A DNA stretch of 64,000 bases from Octopus vulgaris (Eukaryota). The position numbers were made by a program, and so were the translations under genes. Shown here in pieces: positions 1 to 11,405 of this stretch. Location of the stretch: positions 69,254,001-69,318,000 of the forward strand of contig OX597821.1 of NCBI GenBank assembly GCA_951406725.2, in the 5' to 3' direction. The notes beneath the pieces are model-generated. The model was not told the origin of the DNA. It was given only the letters and a program-made list of their open reading frames with translations, and did no database searches. Position 1 is the first letter of the stretch; every line of letters begins with the position of its first letter.

Positions 1-477
1 GCAATTCAATGACTGAAACAAGACAAAAAGTAAATGTTGTTTCACTGACCCTTGCTCTAAAATTCTAGAAGACCTTCAACATACTGGCCAAATGTAGGCA
101 AAAGTTACTCAGTACATTTTCACCATACTCACGAACAAAGTAGATAATAAAGACAATGCAACACATCTATATTGCTGCACTGCAGTTCATACAAACTACT
201 GCATGTGAGATATCTACAGTACTGGGTATGTGGGTCACATCTATACATTTAACAAGCTACTTGTGTACCATAAATCTGCTTGAATTGGTTTGTTAGGGAA
301 TTGGGAGATGCACAGTAATTACATTAGCCTAACAGAAAAATTACCAGTGGATGAGGAGCCTTTAGCCTGGTTGTTCGATCTGCTAGAAATAAAAATCAAA
401 TATCTCTCCAGTTTCATCCTGCCTTCTTAAAATCCAGAAGTGATAATTTGAATAATATGATTCCTAGGCATACTGTA

Positions 478-1068
478 TCATCATCATCATCATCATCGTT
501 TAACGTCCGTTTTCCGCGCTAGTACGGGTTGGACAGTTCGACCGGACTCTGGGAAGCCAGGGGCTGCACCAGGCTCCAGTCTGATCTGGCAGAGTTTCTA
601 CAGCTGGATGCCCTTCCTAACGCCAACCACTCCGCGAGTGTAGTGGGTGCTTTTTACGTGCCACCTGCACAGGTGCCATGGGGGTCCGGCATCGGCCACG
701 ATCGGTTGGAGCTTTTAACGTGCCGCCGGCACAGAAGCCAGTCGGGGCGGCGCTGGCAATGGCCACGTTCGGATGGTGCTTTTTATGTGCCACTGGCACA
801 GAAGCCAGTCGGAGCGGCGCTGGCATCGGCCACGTTCGGATGGTGCTTTTTATGTGCCACTGGCACAGGAGCCAGTCGGGGCGGCGCTGGCATCGGCCAC
901 GTTCGGATGGTGCTTTTTATGTGCCACCGGCACGGAAGCCAGTTGGGGCGGCGCTGGCATCGGCCACATTCGGATGGTGCTTTTTATGTGCCACCGGCAC
1001 GTTCGGATGGTGCTTTTTATGTGCCACCGGCAGGTTCGGATGGTGCTTTTTATGTGCCACTGGCACAC
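478..1068 (-). mobile_element. 5'-truncated 3' UTR of an RTE-clade LINE, with (GAT)n tail and internal tandem array
   Basis: (TCA)n followed by CGTTTAACGTCCG...GGATGCCCTTCCTAACGCCAACCAC. Nearly the same sequence occurs at 54361-54600, where it lies directly downstream of an RTE ORF C-terminus. Confidence 0.8.
646..1066. repeat. GC-rich minisatellite of 62/67/33-bp units, each with a GTGCC-nnn-GGCAC-type hairpin
   Basis: GGTGCTTTTTA-like unit starts at 646, 708, 775, 842, 909, 976, 1009 and 1042. Confidence 0.9.
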
Positions 1069-2186
1069 TGAGAAAAAAATAAGTAAAAGATGGTATACTT
1101 TTATGATAGGTCTCTTTGGGGTTAAATAACAGAAATGATCTTCACCACCTTCATCACCATTATTATCACCACTGTTTTCATTATCACCCCCTCCCATCGC
1201 AATCATTAGCACTACCACCACTGCCATTACCCTCATCATCTCTCATTTTTTACATAGATTTGTCTCTGAATAGAAAATGCGAAAAACATATCTCCTGCCT
1301 AGATATTCTCTTATAATATTGCATTACATGGATAAAGTACCGGCCTTCCTTTTGCATAAACATGAGTGTCTACATATGCATGAATACATTCAAAATACCC
1401 AGAAAACTTTTAGGTTTCTTCATGTGTATAGTGAAACCTTAGTATAATTTCAAACCTTCCATAGCTGTATTACTAACACACTGCCCTATATTTTTCAGTT
1501 TTAAAAATAATTTAGAATTTTTTTTTTTTTTTGTGGGCAAGGGATAGTAAATTTAACAACTTATTTTTTCCATTGTTTTCATTATTTACTTAGTATTTGG
1601 AACACAAGGCAGGGTTATTAAATAAAACTATAATAGGAGATTTAAATTTCAACATAAATATTTTAAAATAGGCAGATTTATATCATAGAATGAGAGAAGA
1701 ATTTATGAGGGGTTTCTATTAAAAGGGTTAAGATATCTAATAATGAATCATTCAAGTTTACATGTTTTTAGATACATTCACTAGTTGTTTGTGTTGCTGC
1801 ACATTTCAAGTTACAAGTCTTGTACTCTGATGGGTGCTCCCATACCAATTTTGAAATTGCTTTATCTTTGCTATTTCCTTCCTTTCTTACTCCAAAAAAA
1901 TTTCTTTTTGCGCTCTGTTTCTTTTAAGTTTTGACATCTGGCTTAACTTGATTCTTCCTTCAGCTGACTGTTACTGTTCACAAAGCACTTAGGGCAAACA
2001 CTTTATTTATTACTAATGTAGATGTATGTGTGCATGTGTACATGTTTCACACCAGCAGTTAACTTTTATTAACTTTTGCCTTTTATTCTTCTGAGGGTTG
2101 AGAAACTAAATTATCAGTCCATACTGGAACTGAATTAATTAACTATTCCTCTTTCTGGCTTTGTACTGTTGTTGTTGCTGTTGTTA

Positions 2187-3190
2187 AGGTGGCAAGCTGG
2201 CACTATCATTAGCACATCAGACGAAATGCTTAGTGGTGTTGCATCCATCTTTTTTATTCTGAGTTCAAATGCCACCAAGGTCCACTCTGCCTTTCTTCCT
2301 TTTGGGGTCAGTAAAATAGATATCAGTTGAACACTGGGATGATGTTATCAGCTATCCCCTTTCCACAAATTCCAGTTCTTGTGCCTATAGTAGAAAATAT
2401 TATTATTATTATAAAGTGGGAAGATAGCAAAATTGCGAGTGCACTAGACAATATACTTGGTAGCATTTCTTCCGGTTTTACATTTTGAGTTCAAATTCTG
2501 CCAAGGTTTAGCTTTGCTTTTCATCCTTTCAGGGTTGGTGAAGTAATTACAAGTTGAAAACTGGGGTCGATGTAATTAGCTAGCCCCCTCCTCCAAGATT
2601 TCAGGCCTTGTCCCTATAGTAGAAAGGATTATTATTATTAAAGAGGTGAGCTGGCAGAATTGTTAGCACATCAGGCAAAATGCTTAGTGGCTTTTCGTCT
2701 GTCTTTACATTCTGAGTTCAAGTTCTGCCAAGGTTGACTTTGCTTTTCATACTTTCAGGGTCAATGAAATAATGTATCAGTTAAGCCCTGGGATCAATGT
2801 AATCGGCTAGGCCCTTCTCCCAAAATTTCAGGTGTTGTACCTATAGTCAAAAGGATTAGGGTTATCATTATTAGAAGGTGGTGTGATCAATGATATCAAT
2901 TTTCTACTCACACCAAATTTCAGGTTGTGTGTCTGTGTTAAAAAAAATAAAGAACTCAATGCTAGAAACAGCTATTCTTGTTATTTAGGGGAGTACATTG
3001 AAAGAACCATTTAAATGTGAAACAAAATACCTTGTGGTATTTGTTTCAGTTCAAATTCTACTAAGTTTAGCTTTGCCTTTTGTCCCTTTGGTATCAATAA
3101 ATTAAATTACAAGTTGTTAAACACTGGAATCAGTATAATCAACTATTCCATTCCCCCAATTTCAGGTCTTGTGCCTATGCTAGAAGCAGT
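2187..3190 (+). mobile_element. Head-to-tail chain of about 4-5 degenerate tRNA-derived SINEs (Meta/MESC-like core)
   Basis: Repeated GCTGGCAGAA...TTCTGAGTTCAAAT...CTTTGCCTTTCATCCTTT...GGGTC units starting near 2187, 2415, 2641 and 3045, separated by (ATT)n. Confidence 0.75.
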
Positions 3191-3734
3191 TATTACTGGT
3201 ATGAGGTATATTCTTATTATCATTAACACTGCTGAGTCACTTGAAAACTGAGCCTTTGAGTTGGTTTTGTTTTGTTCTTGGCAAATAAACTTGGCTAATT
3301 CTTCTCTGGAATGTCCCTACTCTGTTTTTTTAAAAAATTTTTGTATGGGATTTATCTGGAGGAAGGGTTTGTACTCAGGGCCTTCAAAGGCCCTCTGAGA
3401 TTGGTCAGTTTGGCTTGGCTAATGCTCCAGTTGAAGTAAAAGTTTGAGAGATACTACAAAGCCAACACTTATCTGCGTAATATGAAGTTGTTGTTGTTGT
3501 GAGTGAGAGGTCTCAGACTTCATAAGCAATAAAAATTTAATTATAGCTTAATAATAGTAATTTTAAGTGATCAGAGCAGCCCTAAACAGCTACTTTTAGT
3601 TTTCTCAAAGTAGTCCAACACATCAAATATATGTATACACAGACAGACAGCTATAGGAGCAGAAACATAGCTCCTAAGATCAAGTTGAAATGATTGTTGT
3701 GAAGTATGAAAATTAAAATAAAGAATGATAAAGC

Positions 3735-3935
3735 AGGATGAACTACAAGGCCACCAATTTCAGGGTAGGGATAAGTTGATTATATCAACCCCAGTGCCCA
3801 ACTGGTACTTATTTTATCAATCCCAAAAGGATAACGGACAAAGTGAAGTTTGACAGAATTTGAACTCAGAACTTAAAGCCAGATGAAATGCCACTAAGCC
3901 TGCCATGCTAATGATTCTGCCAGCTCACTTCCTTA
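3735..3935 (-). mobile_element. Meta/MESC-like tRNA SINE
   Basis: Reverse complement of the SINE core (ACTGGTACTTATTTTATC...TTTGAACTCAGAA...TTCTGCCAGCTC). Confidence 0.7.
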
Positions 3936-4584
3936 AAGTATGAGAATATTAAAATAATGACAAAAAAGGTTGGACTATATGTATATTAACATTTGACAAA
4001 GTCTGCTGGTGTTATCCAACAAGCTCCGTATTGAATTCAAAAGTTGAATTCAATAATTTGTGGTGGAGTAATTTTTCTTGGTTGATCTCATAAATGACAT
4101 TACTACAGAGCTATTCATATTCATTGACATACCATCTATAATTTGTTTTCTTAAAGAAACACTCATCAGCCCTGTGTGTCTGATAAGAAATATCCTAATA
4201 TTGTTGCCAGCTGACTACATGGCCTGACAAGCATTTAACCATTTCCAGGAGCTTACAGGAGCGGTAGGCTCTTAACAGAGGAGTATTGCAGCTGGCCAAC
4301 TTCATTGGCTTGACAGCTGAAGACTCAGTGATTTGTGTTTTTGTCATCATTACTGCACTTGTCTCAGCTCTCAATAAACCAGTCTGTCTGGATGTGTGAA
4401 GTTATTTTGGAGAGAGAAAGTTCACTGCTGTAAGTGGTGAAGCTTGTGTGTAATTGTTAGCCTCAGTGTATCTGGAAGAGGTGCTAGGGTAACTGGAACT
4501 ACTGTGCAATTAATGGCATTCTAATGACATAAGAGAAATATTGGTTTTCGTTTCAATTTAATTCATATATTTTGTATATTTTTT

Positions 4585-4725
4585 CTTTAGGTTAAATTTA
4601 AACTTTTTGGTGTTTTCTAAGTCAAATTTAAATGTTAGTGTTCTTTTTAGTTAAGTTTGAACTTTGTGTGTTTTTAGGTTAAACTCAAATGTTTACTGTT
4701 TTTAGAATAAAATTTAATTCTTACT
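4585..4725. repeat. Degenerate ~30-bp AT-rich tandem repeat
   Basis: About 5 diverged units resembling TTAGGTTAAATTTAAAC(T)nGTGTTT. Confidence 0.5.
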
Positions 4726-5294
4726 ATAGTATTTTTTTTAAGATCATAATGTCATTGTCCCTCTTCTACTGCATCAAATAGAACAGCTTACCATTTTTCT
4801 TTCATTATTTTTTTATTTTAGTGGGGAAAGGAGGAGCAAAGTTAATTATTTTTTGGTCAATGTAAAACATAGGGTGAAAGTTCAAATCTAGTAACAGTTT
4901 AGTGTTATGTGATATAGAAATGTTTTTTTCCCTTTCTTTAAATACAATACAAAATATAAGCTTTAAAGTAAACTATTTTACTAAAGGAAAATAGTAGGAG
5001 GACAAAAAACTTACTTTGATAGGTGAACAATGCTAATAAATTCTATATTCATGACAGGAAAAAAAATCTCTTTCTGAATCAAGAATTTAAAATATGAAGG
5101 TGTTTATCCCATTTCTGCCTATAAGCTACCATTGATTGTTGCTTGCAGATAGGACTTGGCTACATGGTAGAATTATTCCATTGAACAATAGATGTTAATT
5201 TTATTCTCTCCTAGCAAAACTTTACTTTATTTTGTTTTAGGTTATTTTTATTTGATAATTTAAATTTCACATTTTTTTGGTGGGTGGGTGGGGG

Positions 5295-5537
5295 TCTCGC
5301 AAAGTACTTGGTGACCTTAAGGGTGCTGGTGCCACATATATAGCACTGGTACTAGTGCCACATGATGATCACCCAGCACACTCTGTAAAGTGGTTGGCAT
5401 TAGGAAGGGCATCCAGCTTAAAAAGCATGCCAAAACAGACAATGGAACTTGGTACAGCTTCTGGCCTTGCCAACTCCTGTCAAACTGTCCAACCCATTCC
5501 AGCATGGAAAATGGATTTTAAATGATGATGATGATGT
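5295..5537 (+). mobile_element. Short element ending in the RTE-type 3' tail
   Basis: GTGGTTGGCATTAGGAAGGGCATCCAGC...CCAGCATGGAAAATGGA followed by (GAT)n. Confidence 0.7.
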
Positions 5538-6120
5538 GCTTTTTAATTACATCTTAATTTTTAGTGATTTTTTAAATGTTTAAATAAAACTTTTTTTTAT
5601 TATTTTTAACTTAGAAGGCAGCAAGCTGGCAGAACTGTTAAGAGTGTTGGACAAACTGCTTTGCAGTATTTGTTCTTGCTCTTTACACGCCGAGTTCAAA
5701 CCACACTGTTGTCAGCTTTGCCTTTCATCCCTCCAAGTCTTGTACTAGGGTCAATAATATTGACTCACACCTCCGTCTCCTCAAAATAGCTGGTTTTGTG
5801 CCTCAGACAGAAACCATTATTTTAAAGTTACATTTAGCATGTTATTATTTTTAGATTAAATTAGTGCAAAGGATTGGTAGAATTATTAGAATGTCAAAGA
5901 AAATACTTTGTAGCATTTATTCCAGCCCTTTATGTTCTGAGTTCAAACCCTGCTATAGTTAACTTTGCCTTTTGTCCTTTTAGGGTTGATAAAATAAAAC
6001 ACCAGTCACATACTGCATACAATGTAATTAACCAAGCTCCCCTGCTCAAAAATTGTTGGCCTTGTGTCTTATTTAAAAATAATTATTTTAAAATTAGATT
6101 TAAGTTTTCATTTGTTTTTA

Positions 6121-6291
6121 CCATATTTACTTGTGTATAAGTCGCATCCCTAATTTAGAGTTAATTCTTGGTAAAAAAAACCAATTTTTCTCCCTCATAG
6201 TTTTAGCTTTGCCCTGTGCATAAGTTACACCCTAGTTTTACCTGTTGAAATCAAGTATAAAATAGTGTGACTTATGTTTGAGTAAATATGA
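6121..6291. mobile_element. Tc1/mariner (pogo/Tigger-like) MITE
   Basis: Imperfect TIRs CCATATTTACTTGTGTATAAGTCGCA / TGTGACTTATGTTTGAGTAAATATGA, flanked by TA. Confidence 0.7.
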
Positions 6292-6506
6292 TAGTTTAAG
6301 TTTTCTGTTGTATTGTATTGGGTTGACATCTTTATTACTTCAACTTTTAGGTTAAATTTTACTCTCCACTGTCAGAAAAATTGAAAACCTGCTACAACCA
6401 TTCTGAACACCTAAGTTATGAGTATCTTGTTCTTGTATTTATTTAACCTCTTCATCCTTTGTTGTACTTTCAAATGACTAAACTCTCTTTTGTTTTATCT
6501 GTGCAG

Positions 6507-6805
6507 GTGAACAAATGACGATTCTTGGCTACAACAAAGGTGGTGAATGGTGTGAGGTAAAGAACAAAGCTGGTGACATTGGTTGGGTACCAAGTAACTA
6601 TATTGCTCCAGTTAATAGCTTAGACAAATTCTCCTGGTACCATGGACCTATATCCAGGAATGCTTCGGAATATTTACTAAGCAGTGGAATTAACGGCAGC
6701 TTTTTAGTTCGCGAGAGTGAAAGTAGCCCGGGTCAACGCTCCATATCTGTACGATATGAAGGAAGGGTTTACCACTATAGGATTAGTGAAGATTCTGATG
6801 GAAAG
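6507..6805 (+). CDS. ABL: Internal exon of an ABL-family non-receptor tyrosine kinase (C-terminal SH3 plus most of SH2)
   Basis: Encodes (G)[99 protein letters not shown], nearly identical to ABL1/ABL2. Polypyrimidine-CAG acceptor at 6504-6506 and GTGAGT donor at 6806. Length 299 nt, phase 1 to phase 0. Confidence 0.97.
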
Positions 6806-7451
6806 GTGAGTCACCATTTTTATCATTCAGCATTCTTTACAGCATTTATACTCTTGCTACACAATCTAGAACATGATTTCAAGACCTCTTATTTCCAGGC
6901 TTTTATATTGAAATATATAACGTCCAATCCAATCCACTATGGAACTCAGACATAAAATGATGAAGATGATTCTATATGTGTGTGTTGAGTTTGGGTGCTG
7001 ATTTTTCTGTAATCAATATTCTGCAATAGTATTTCACTCTAACCACATTGACATTGATAGTAAACTGGCTGCATCAGGAAGTAGTTTATAGTAGCCAGCT
7101 GCCTGCTATCCATTGATACATTTAAAATGTTCAACCATCTTTTTTTTTTTTTCCTCTAACTAACTTGCCTCTCCAGGATGCTTTGGAATGTGGCCACTTT
7201 GATAGGCACTGTTATATAGATAGTTATTCCTATCACAAGTGTCAAGTGTTACTCCTAGTTGCTGTTAGAGGAATTTTCTTCCTCTTCATTTCCCACATTG
7301 TACCATGTGCCCACACACACTCACATATGTACACATTTGTGTGTATAAAATGAAGTCAGACCAATTAATGATATTTTAAGGATTTGGAGTGCTTTGTTGT
7401 ATTTGAGTTGAAAATCCTGGTAATGTGCATTGCTTCTAAGTATAGCATGAG

Positions 7452-7452
<1 letters not shown>

Positions 7453-7499
<47 letters not shown>

Positions 7500-7723
7500 T
7501 AATGGTGTCATTGAGACGCAAAGGTGTCAGGTAATGCTGAATAAGTGCTATAGACAGACCATAGTTAAGTTCCAGATTCGGTAATATTGCGAAATAAAGA
7601 GTTCAACGTTGGTTCTATGTCAGCGTGTGTAAATAAAAAATTTTTTTGCGTAATAAGATAAAAAAAACCAAGGCTGTGTAGATATTAGAGTGTTTATAGA
7701 TAGAAGGTCTAACAGCTGTTTCT

Positions 7724-7793
<70 letters not shown>
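7453..7793. repeat. (TA)n, then a ~225-bp insert, then (TC)n(TA)n
   Basis: Read directly. The insert is CpG-richer than the background and ends in CTAACAGCTGTTTC. Confidence 0.75.
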
Positions 7794-7797
<4 letters not shown>

Positions 7798-8573
7798 ACC
7801 TATTTAGTTTTGTGAGGTACAAAGCAACCTCACCACTGCTGGTTCTACTATAAAATGCATCCAGTACAGAACATCCTTGTAAAGTGGTTGACAAATAAGC
7901 AGAAGCAATATTAAGTCAAGAGGACGCTTTACCCTTGTTGAAGACATGATGGTATTATTAGAACTTGTGTCACGATCAAATGTATCTTCATCACTCTTGT
8001 GAAATGGTTGGTGTTAGAAAGAACATCCATCCATAGTGACCATGTAAGAAATGGAATGTAAGAGCAAAATGTGGTTCTCTGACCTCTGCAGTGAGTCAAA
8101 AATAGGATCTGACTTAGATCATCAGTCCAGCTTATGCCAGTATTGAAAATGAATATAAATTGATGATGATGATAAGTGTGGTTGTATGTGTGTGTGTGTG
8201 TGAAACTTTATGGGGAATATCTTTCAGTCTTTGTCTTTCTCTGTACCTGAGGTCAAACCCTACTAAGGTCAAGCTTCCCTTAAATCCATTCAGGGTTGAT
8301 AAATAAAGTTCCAGTCAAGTACTGGAGTTGATTCTTCTCTGGAGAGAAATGGCTGTGTCCAGTTCTGAGGAGTGATAGCCTCTCTTTAGTTTAAGATGTC
8401 CATAATGCATCACATGTTTTAAAATTGACAGTGATGTCTCAACAAGTTTATCAGGAGTTATGGGCCTAAGGAAAAAGGTGTGTGTGTGCATGCATTATCT
8501 TTTACTTGCTTCAGTCTTTTGACTGCAGCCATACTGGAGCACAGCCCTGTATGTATATATTCATACATAAATA

Positions 8574-8947
8574 GGTGCTAATATGGCTGTGTGGTTAAGA
8601 TGTTTGCTTCTCAGTAACCTGGTTTAGAGTTCAGCTTCACTGTGTGGAACCTTGGGTGAGTGTTTTCTACAATAGGCTCAGGCAGACCAAAATCTTGGAT
8701 GTGGATTTGGTAGGTGGAAACTGAAATAGATGCCTGTTGTATGTGTCTGTTCCTGTTTTCTTGCCTTGACTTTGCATAATTGTTGCACCCAAGTGCCACC
8801 ATCACGCAAGCAATGTCCTTCATTTCCAGTCTTCTGTAAAAACCAATCAGGTCATGGGGGAAATATTACCTTACTTGGTAACTGGTGAAGGTTGGCAATA
8901 GAAAGGGCAGTAGAAAATATGCTATGCAAGAATAGAAAAATGGATGA
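8574..8947 (+). mobile_element. CORE-like tRNA SINE variant with RTE-like tail
   Basis: TGGCTGTGTGGTTAAG A-box head, ACCTTGGG...GTGTTTTCTAC core, GGAAATATTACCTT...GTTGGCAATAGAAAGGGCA tail. Confidence 0.65.
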
Positions 8948-9244
8948 CTAAAGAAAATAGTCTAACATATATATAACACATGAGTTATATACTCCACTAT
9001 GCCATTGCAGCCACTGGAAAATACACAAAGCATATACATTAGTATATGTATTTAACAATATATATGTGTGTGTGTGTGTGTTTATCCATCTGTGTTGCAA
9101 GATTCCTGATGTAAAATCATGAGTTGAAACAGATATTATTGTATTTTGGGATGATCTTTTTTTTTTTTTTGTCAAATATACACATGCACTATATATATAT
9201 TTTTTCACTTGTTTATTACTGTTTTTATTTTAACTCATGTCCAT

Positions 9245-9290
9245 TGTCCAGAAATCTTTCGTCACACATCTGTGACCTCTTCAATGTCAC
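9245..9290 (-). ncRNA. Degenerate minimal hammerhead-like motif (second family)
   Basis: Minus strand reads GUGACA-UUGAAGA-G-GUCACA-GAUG-UGUGAC-GAAA-GAUU-UC-UGGAC. Stem II is a perfect 6 bp, C3 is replaced by U, and stem I pairs poorly. Confidence 0.45.
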
Positions 9291-9566
9291 TTTTCATTTT
9301 CGTGTGTGTTCTTGCTCCGCTTACTTCATTCTATATATATATATATATATTTATTTTTATATTGAATAATACAAATATGATGATATTTTTCCCCCTTTGT
9401 AAGGGTAAGTTACCCAATATTTCTGCTGTTCTAATAGCAATTCTGTGTTCAAAAGAATATCATTGTATTTGTATCATACAATACACATTTCGACACTTAT
9501 AAAAAACAAATGTTAGTTTGCATTATTTACATTCAACTGATATTTGTCCTCATCTTGTTTGTTGTT

Positions 9567-9612
9567 AACACAACGTTTCGGCTGATATACCCTCCAGCCT
9601 TCTTCAGGTGTC
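9567..9612 (-). ncRNA. Minimal type I hammerhead ribozyme with intact core
   Basis: GACAC-CUGAAGA-A-GGCUG-GAGGGUAUAU-CAGCC-GAAA-CG-UU-GUGUU. Contains CUGANGA, a 5-bp stem II, GAAA, palindromic ACGU stem III, a GUU cleavage triplet and stem I GACAC/GUGUU. Confidence 0.8.
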
Positions 9613-9909
9613 TTGGGGAAATTTTGAACCTGGGTTCTCATTCCTAAGATATTTTTGATGTTGTTATTATTATTATTATTATTGTTCAGGTCACTGTTTA
9701 GAATCAAACTCGGAATCTTGGGGTTAGTAGCCCATGCTCTTAACCACTCCGTCATATGGCCACGAGCATATGGTGTAGTGGTTAAGAGCGTGGGCTACTA
9801 ACCCCAAGATTCTGAGTTCGATTCCAGGTAGCGATTTGAATAATAATGATAATAATAATAACATCGAAAATACCTTAGGAATGAGAACTCAAGTTCGAAA
9901 ATTCCCCAA

Positions 9910-9955
9910 GATACCTGAAGAAGGCTGGAGGGTATATTAGCCAAAATGTTGTGTT
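9910..9955 (+). ncRNA. Hammerhead copy with mutated core (GAAAC to AAAAU)
   Basis: GAUAC-CUGAAGA-A-GGCUG-GAGGGUAUAU-UAGCC-AAAAUGUU-GUGUU. Confidence 0.7.
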
Positions 9956-10053
9956 AACAACAAACAAGATGAGGACAAATATCCGTTGAATGTAAATAAT
10001 GCACATAATTCCTCATCTCTTAAATATAGAAATGTTAGTTTGTTTATATTTAT

Positions 10054-10096
<43 letters not shown>

Positions 10097-10098
<2 letters not shown>

Positions 10099-10479
10099 TG
10101 CAGGGGTGGCTGTGTGGTAAGTACCTTGCTTACCAACCACATAATTCCAGGTTTAGTCCCACTGCATGGCACCTTGGGCAAGTGTCTTCTACTATAGCCT
10201 TGGGCTGACCAAAGCCTTGTGAGTGGATTTGGTAGATGGAAACTGAAATAAGCCTGTTGTGTATGTATGTATGTGTGTTTGTTTGTTTGTATGTTTGTTT
10301 GTATGCCCAACATCGCTTGACAACCAATGCTGGTGCGTCTATGTCCCTGTAACTTAGCAGTTCAGCAAAAGACACTGATAGTATAAGCTTACAAAGAATA
10401 AGTCCTGGGATCGATTTTTTTGACTAAAGGCAGTGCTCAAGCATGACTGCAGTCAAATGACTGAAACAAGTAAAAGAAT
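10097..10479 (+). mobile_element. Full-length CORE-like tRNA SINE with internal microsatellite
   Basis: GGTGCAGGGGTGGCTGTGTGGTAAG head, ACCTTGGGCAAGTGTCTTCTAC core, GCAGTCAAATGACTGAAACAAGTAAAAG end. Sits between (TA)n tracts. Confidence 0.8.
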
Positions 10480-10486
10480 ATGTATA

Positions 10487-10540
<54 letters not shown>

Positions 10541-11405
10541 GGGTGTTAATTCATAGCTATGTGGTTGAGAAGCTCACTTAAAACACTTAACAGCCATGTG
10601 ATTCTGGTTTCGGTCTCACATCATGACACATTGTCAGCCAGTATAGACTTGTGTGTGTGTGTGTGTGTGTGTGTGTTTTTGTTTGAATATAAACTGCACA
10701 GAACTCAACTGAGTCAACTGCCCCTGTAATTCAAGGGCCCTCCTAAACACATTAAGGGTGAGTCTGTCTGTGCATCATTCTGCTGCTTATGCTGTAAGTC
10801 AATAAATAGACAGTTCACTTGATAAAATAACTGCCATTTGTTCATTGAAATTGATGAGACAGTCTGTTTGACCGTAGCCATGTTGGGTCAATGTCTTTAA
10901 GTCAATCATACAATTTCCATACTTATATGGTCACTCTCTGTTTCTCAAACCAGTGAGTAATGAGACAAACAATGCGGGCTTTATACTGTGCAAACATAAA
11001 CAGAAGTATAGCCATGCACAACCCATAAAGTCTTCTGGAATGAAACTCTTGAGCCACTGATATGGTGTCATGACTAAATAATTAAATAATATATTTAAAA
11101 TATTATTTAAATACACATTCACCATTCACACACTTATAGTTTATTGCAGAGTAGTAGTAGTAGTAGTATTTAGTTGCTTAGTTGTGTAAACTTCTAGCAA
11201 GAGGTTACTTGATTAAGCATGCAGTGTTGATTAAATTATTGGTTAACTCATTGCTCCAAGATGATATTGGAGTTCCTGCGAATTCTTCAAGAGCCAGGGT
11301 ACTGATTTGAACCGACGACAATCTTGAGGCTAAAATTCTCCTTAAAAGTTGTCATTGAAGATTAGATTGCTTTGTTAGATCTTTTCTTATAGCAATTACT
11401 GTGAA

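Larger units (their letters stand above)
9521..10029. mobile_element. Palindromic head-to-head dimer of a tRNA-headed, hammerhead-bearing non-autonomous retroelement (Penelope-like tail)
   Basis: Inverted arms 9519-9758 and 9767-10003 around an 8-nt loop. A box TGGTGTAGTGG and B box GAGTTCGATTCC on the right arm. 13-bp direct repeat AAATGTTAGTTTG at 9508-9520 and 10030-10042. Confidence 0.85.

Noticed and set aside
529-1129. Repetitive ORFs and a CRISPR-like appearance
   Set aside because: The units are whole tandem repeats without unique spacers, lie in a LINE 3' UTR, and have no cas genes nearby. The frames are open by virtue of the repeat.
6806-6955. ORF continuation after DGK
   Set aside because: ABL similarity stops at a canonical GTGAGT donor, so this is intron read-through.
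9767-9835. tRNA gene
   Set aside because: The acceptor and T stems do not close and the anticodon is atypical (ACT). It is an element head.
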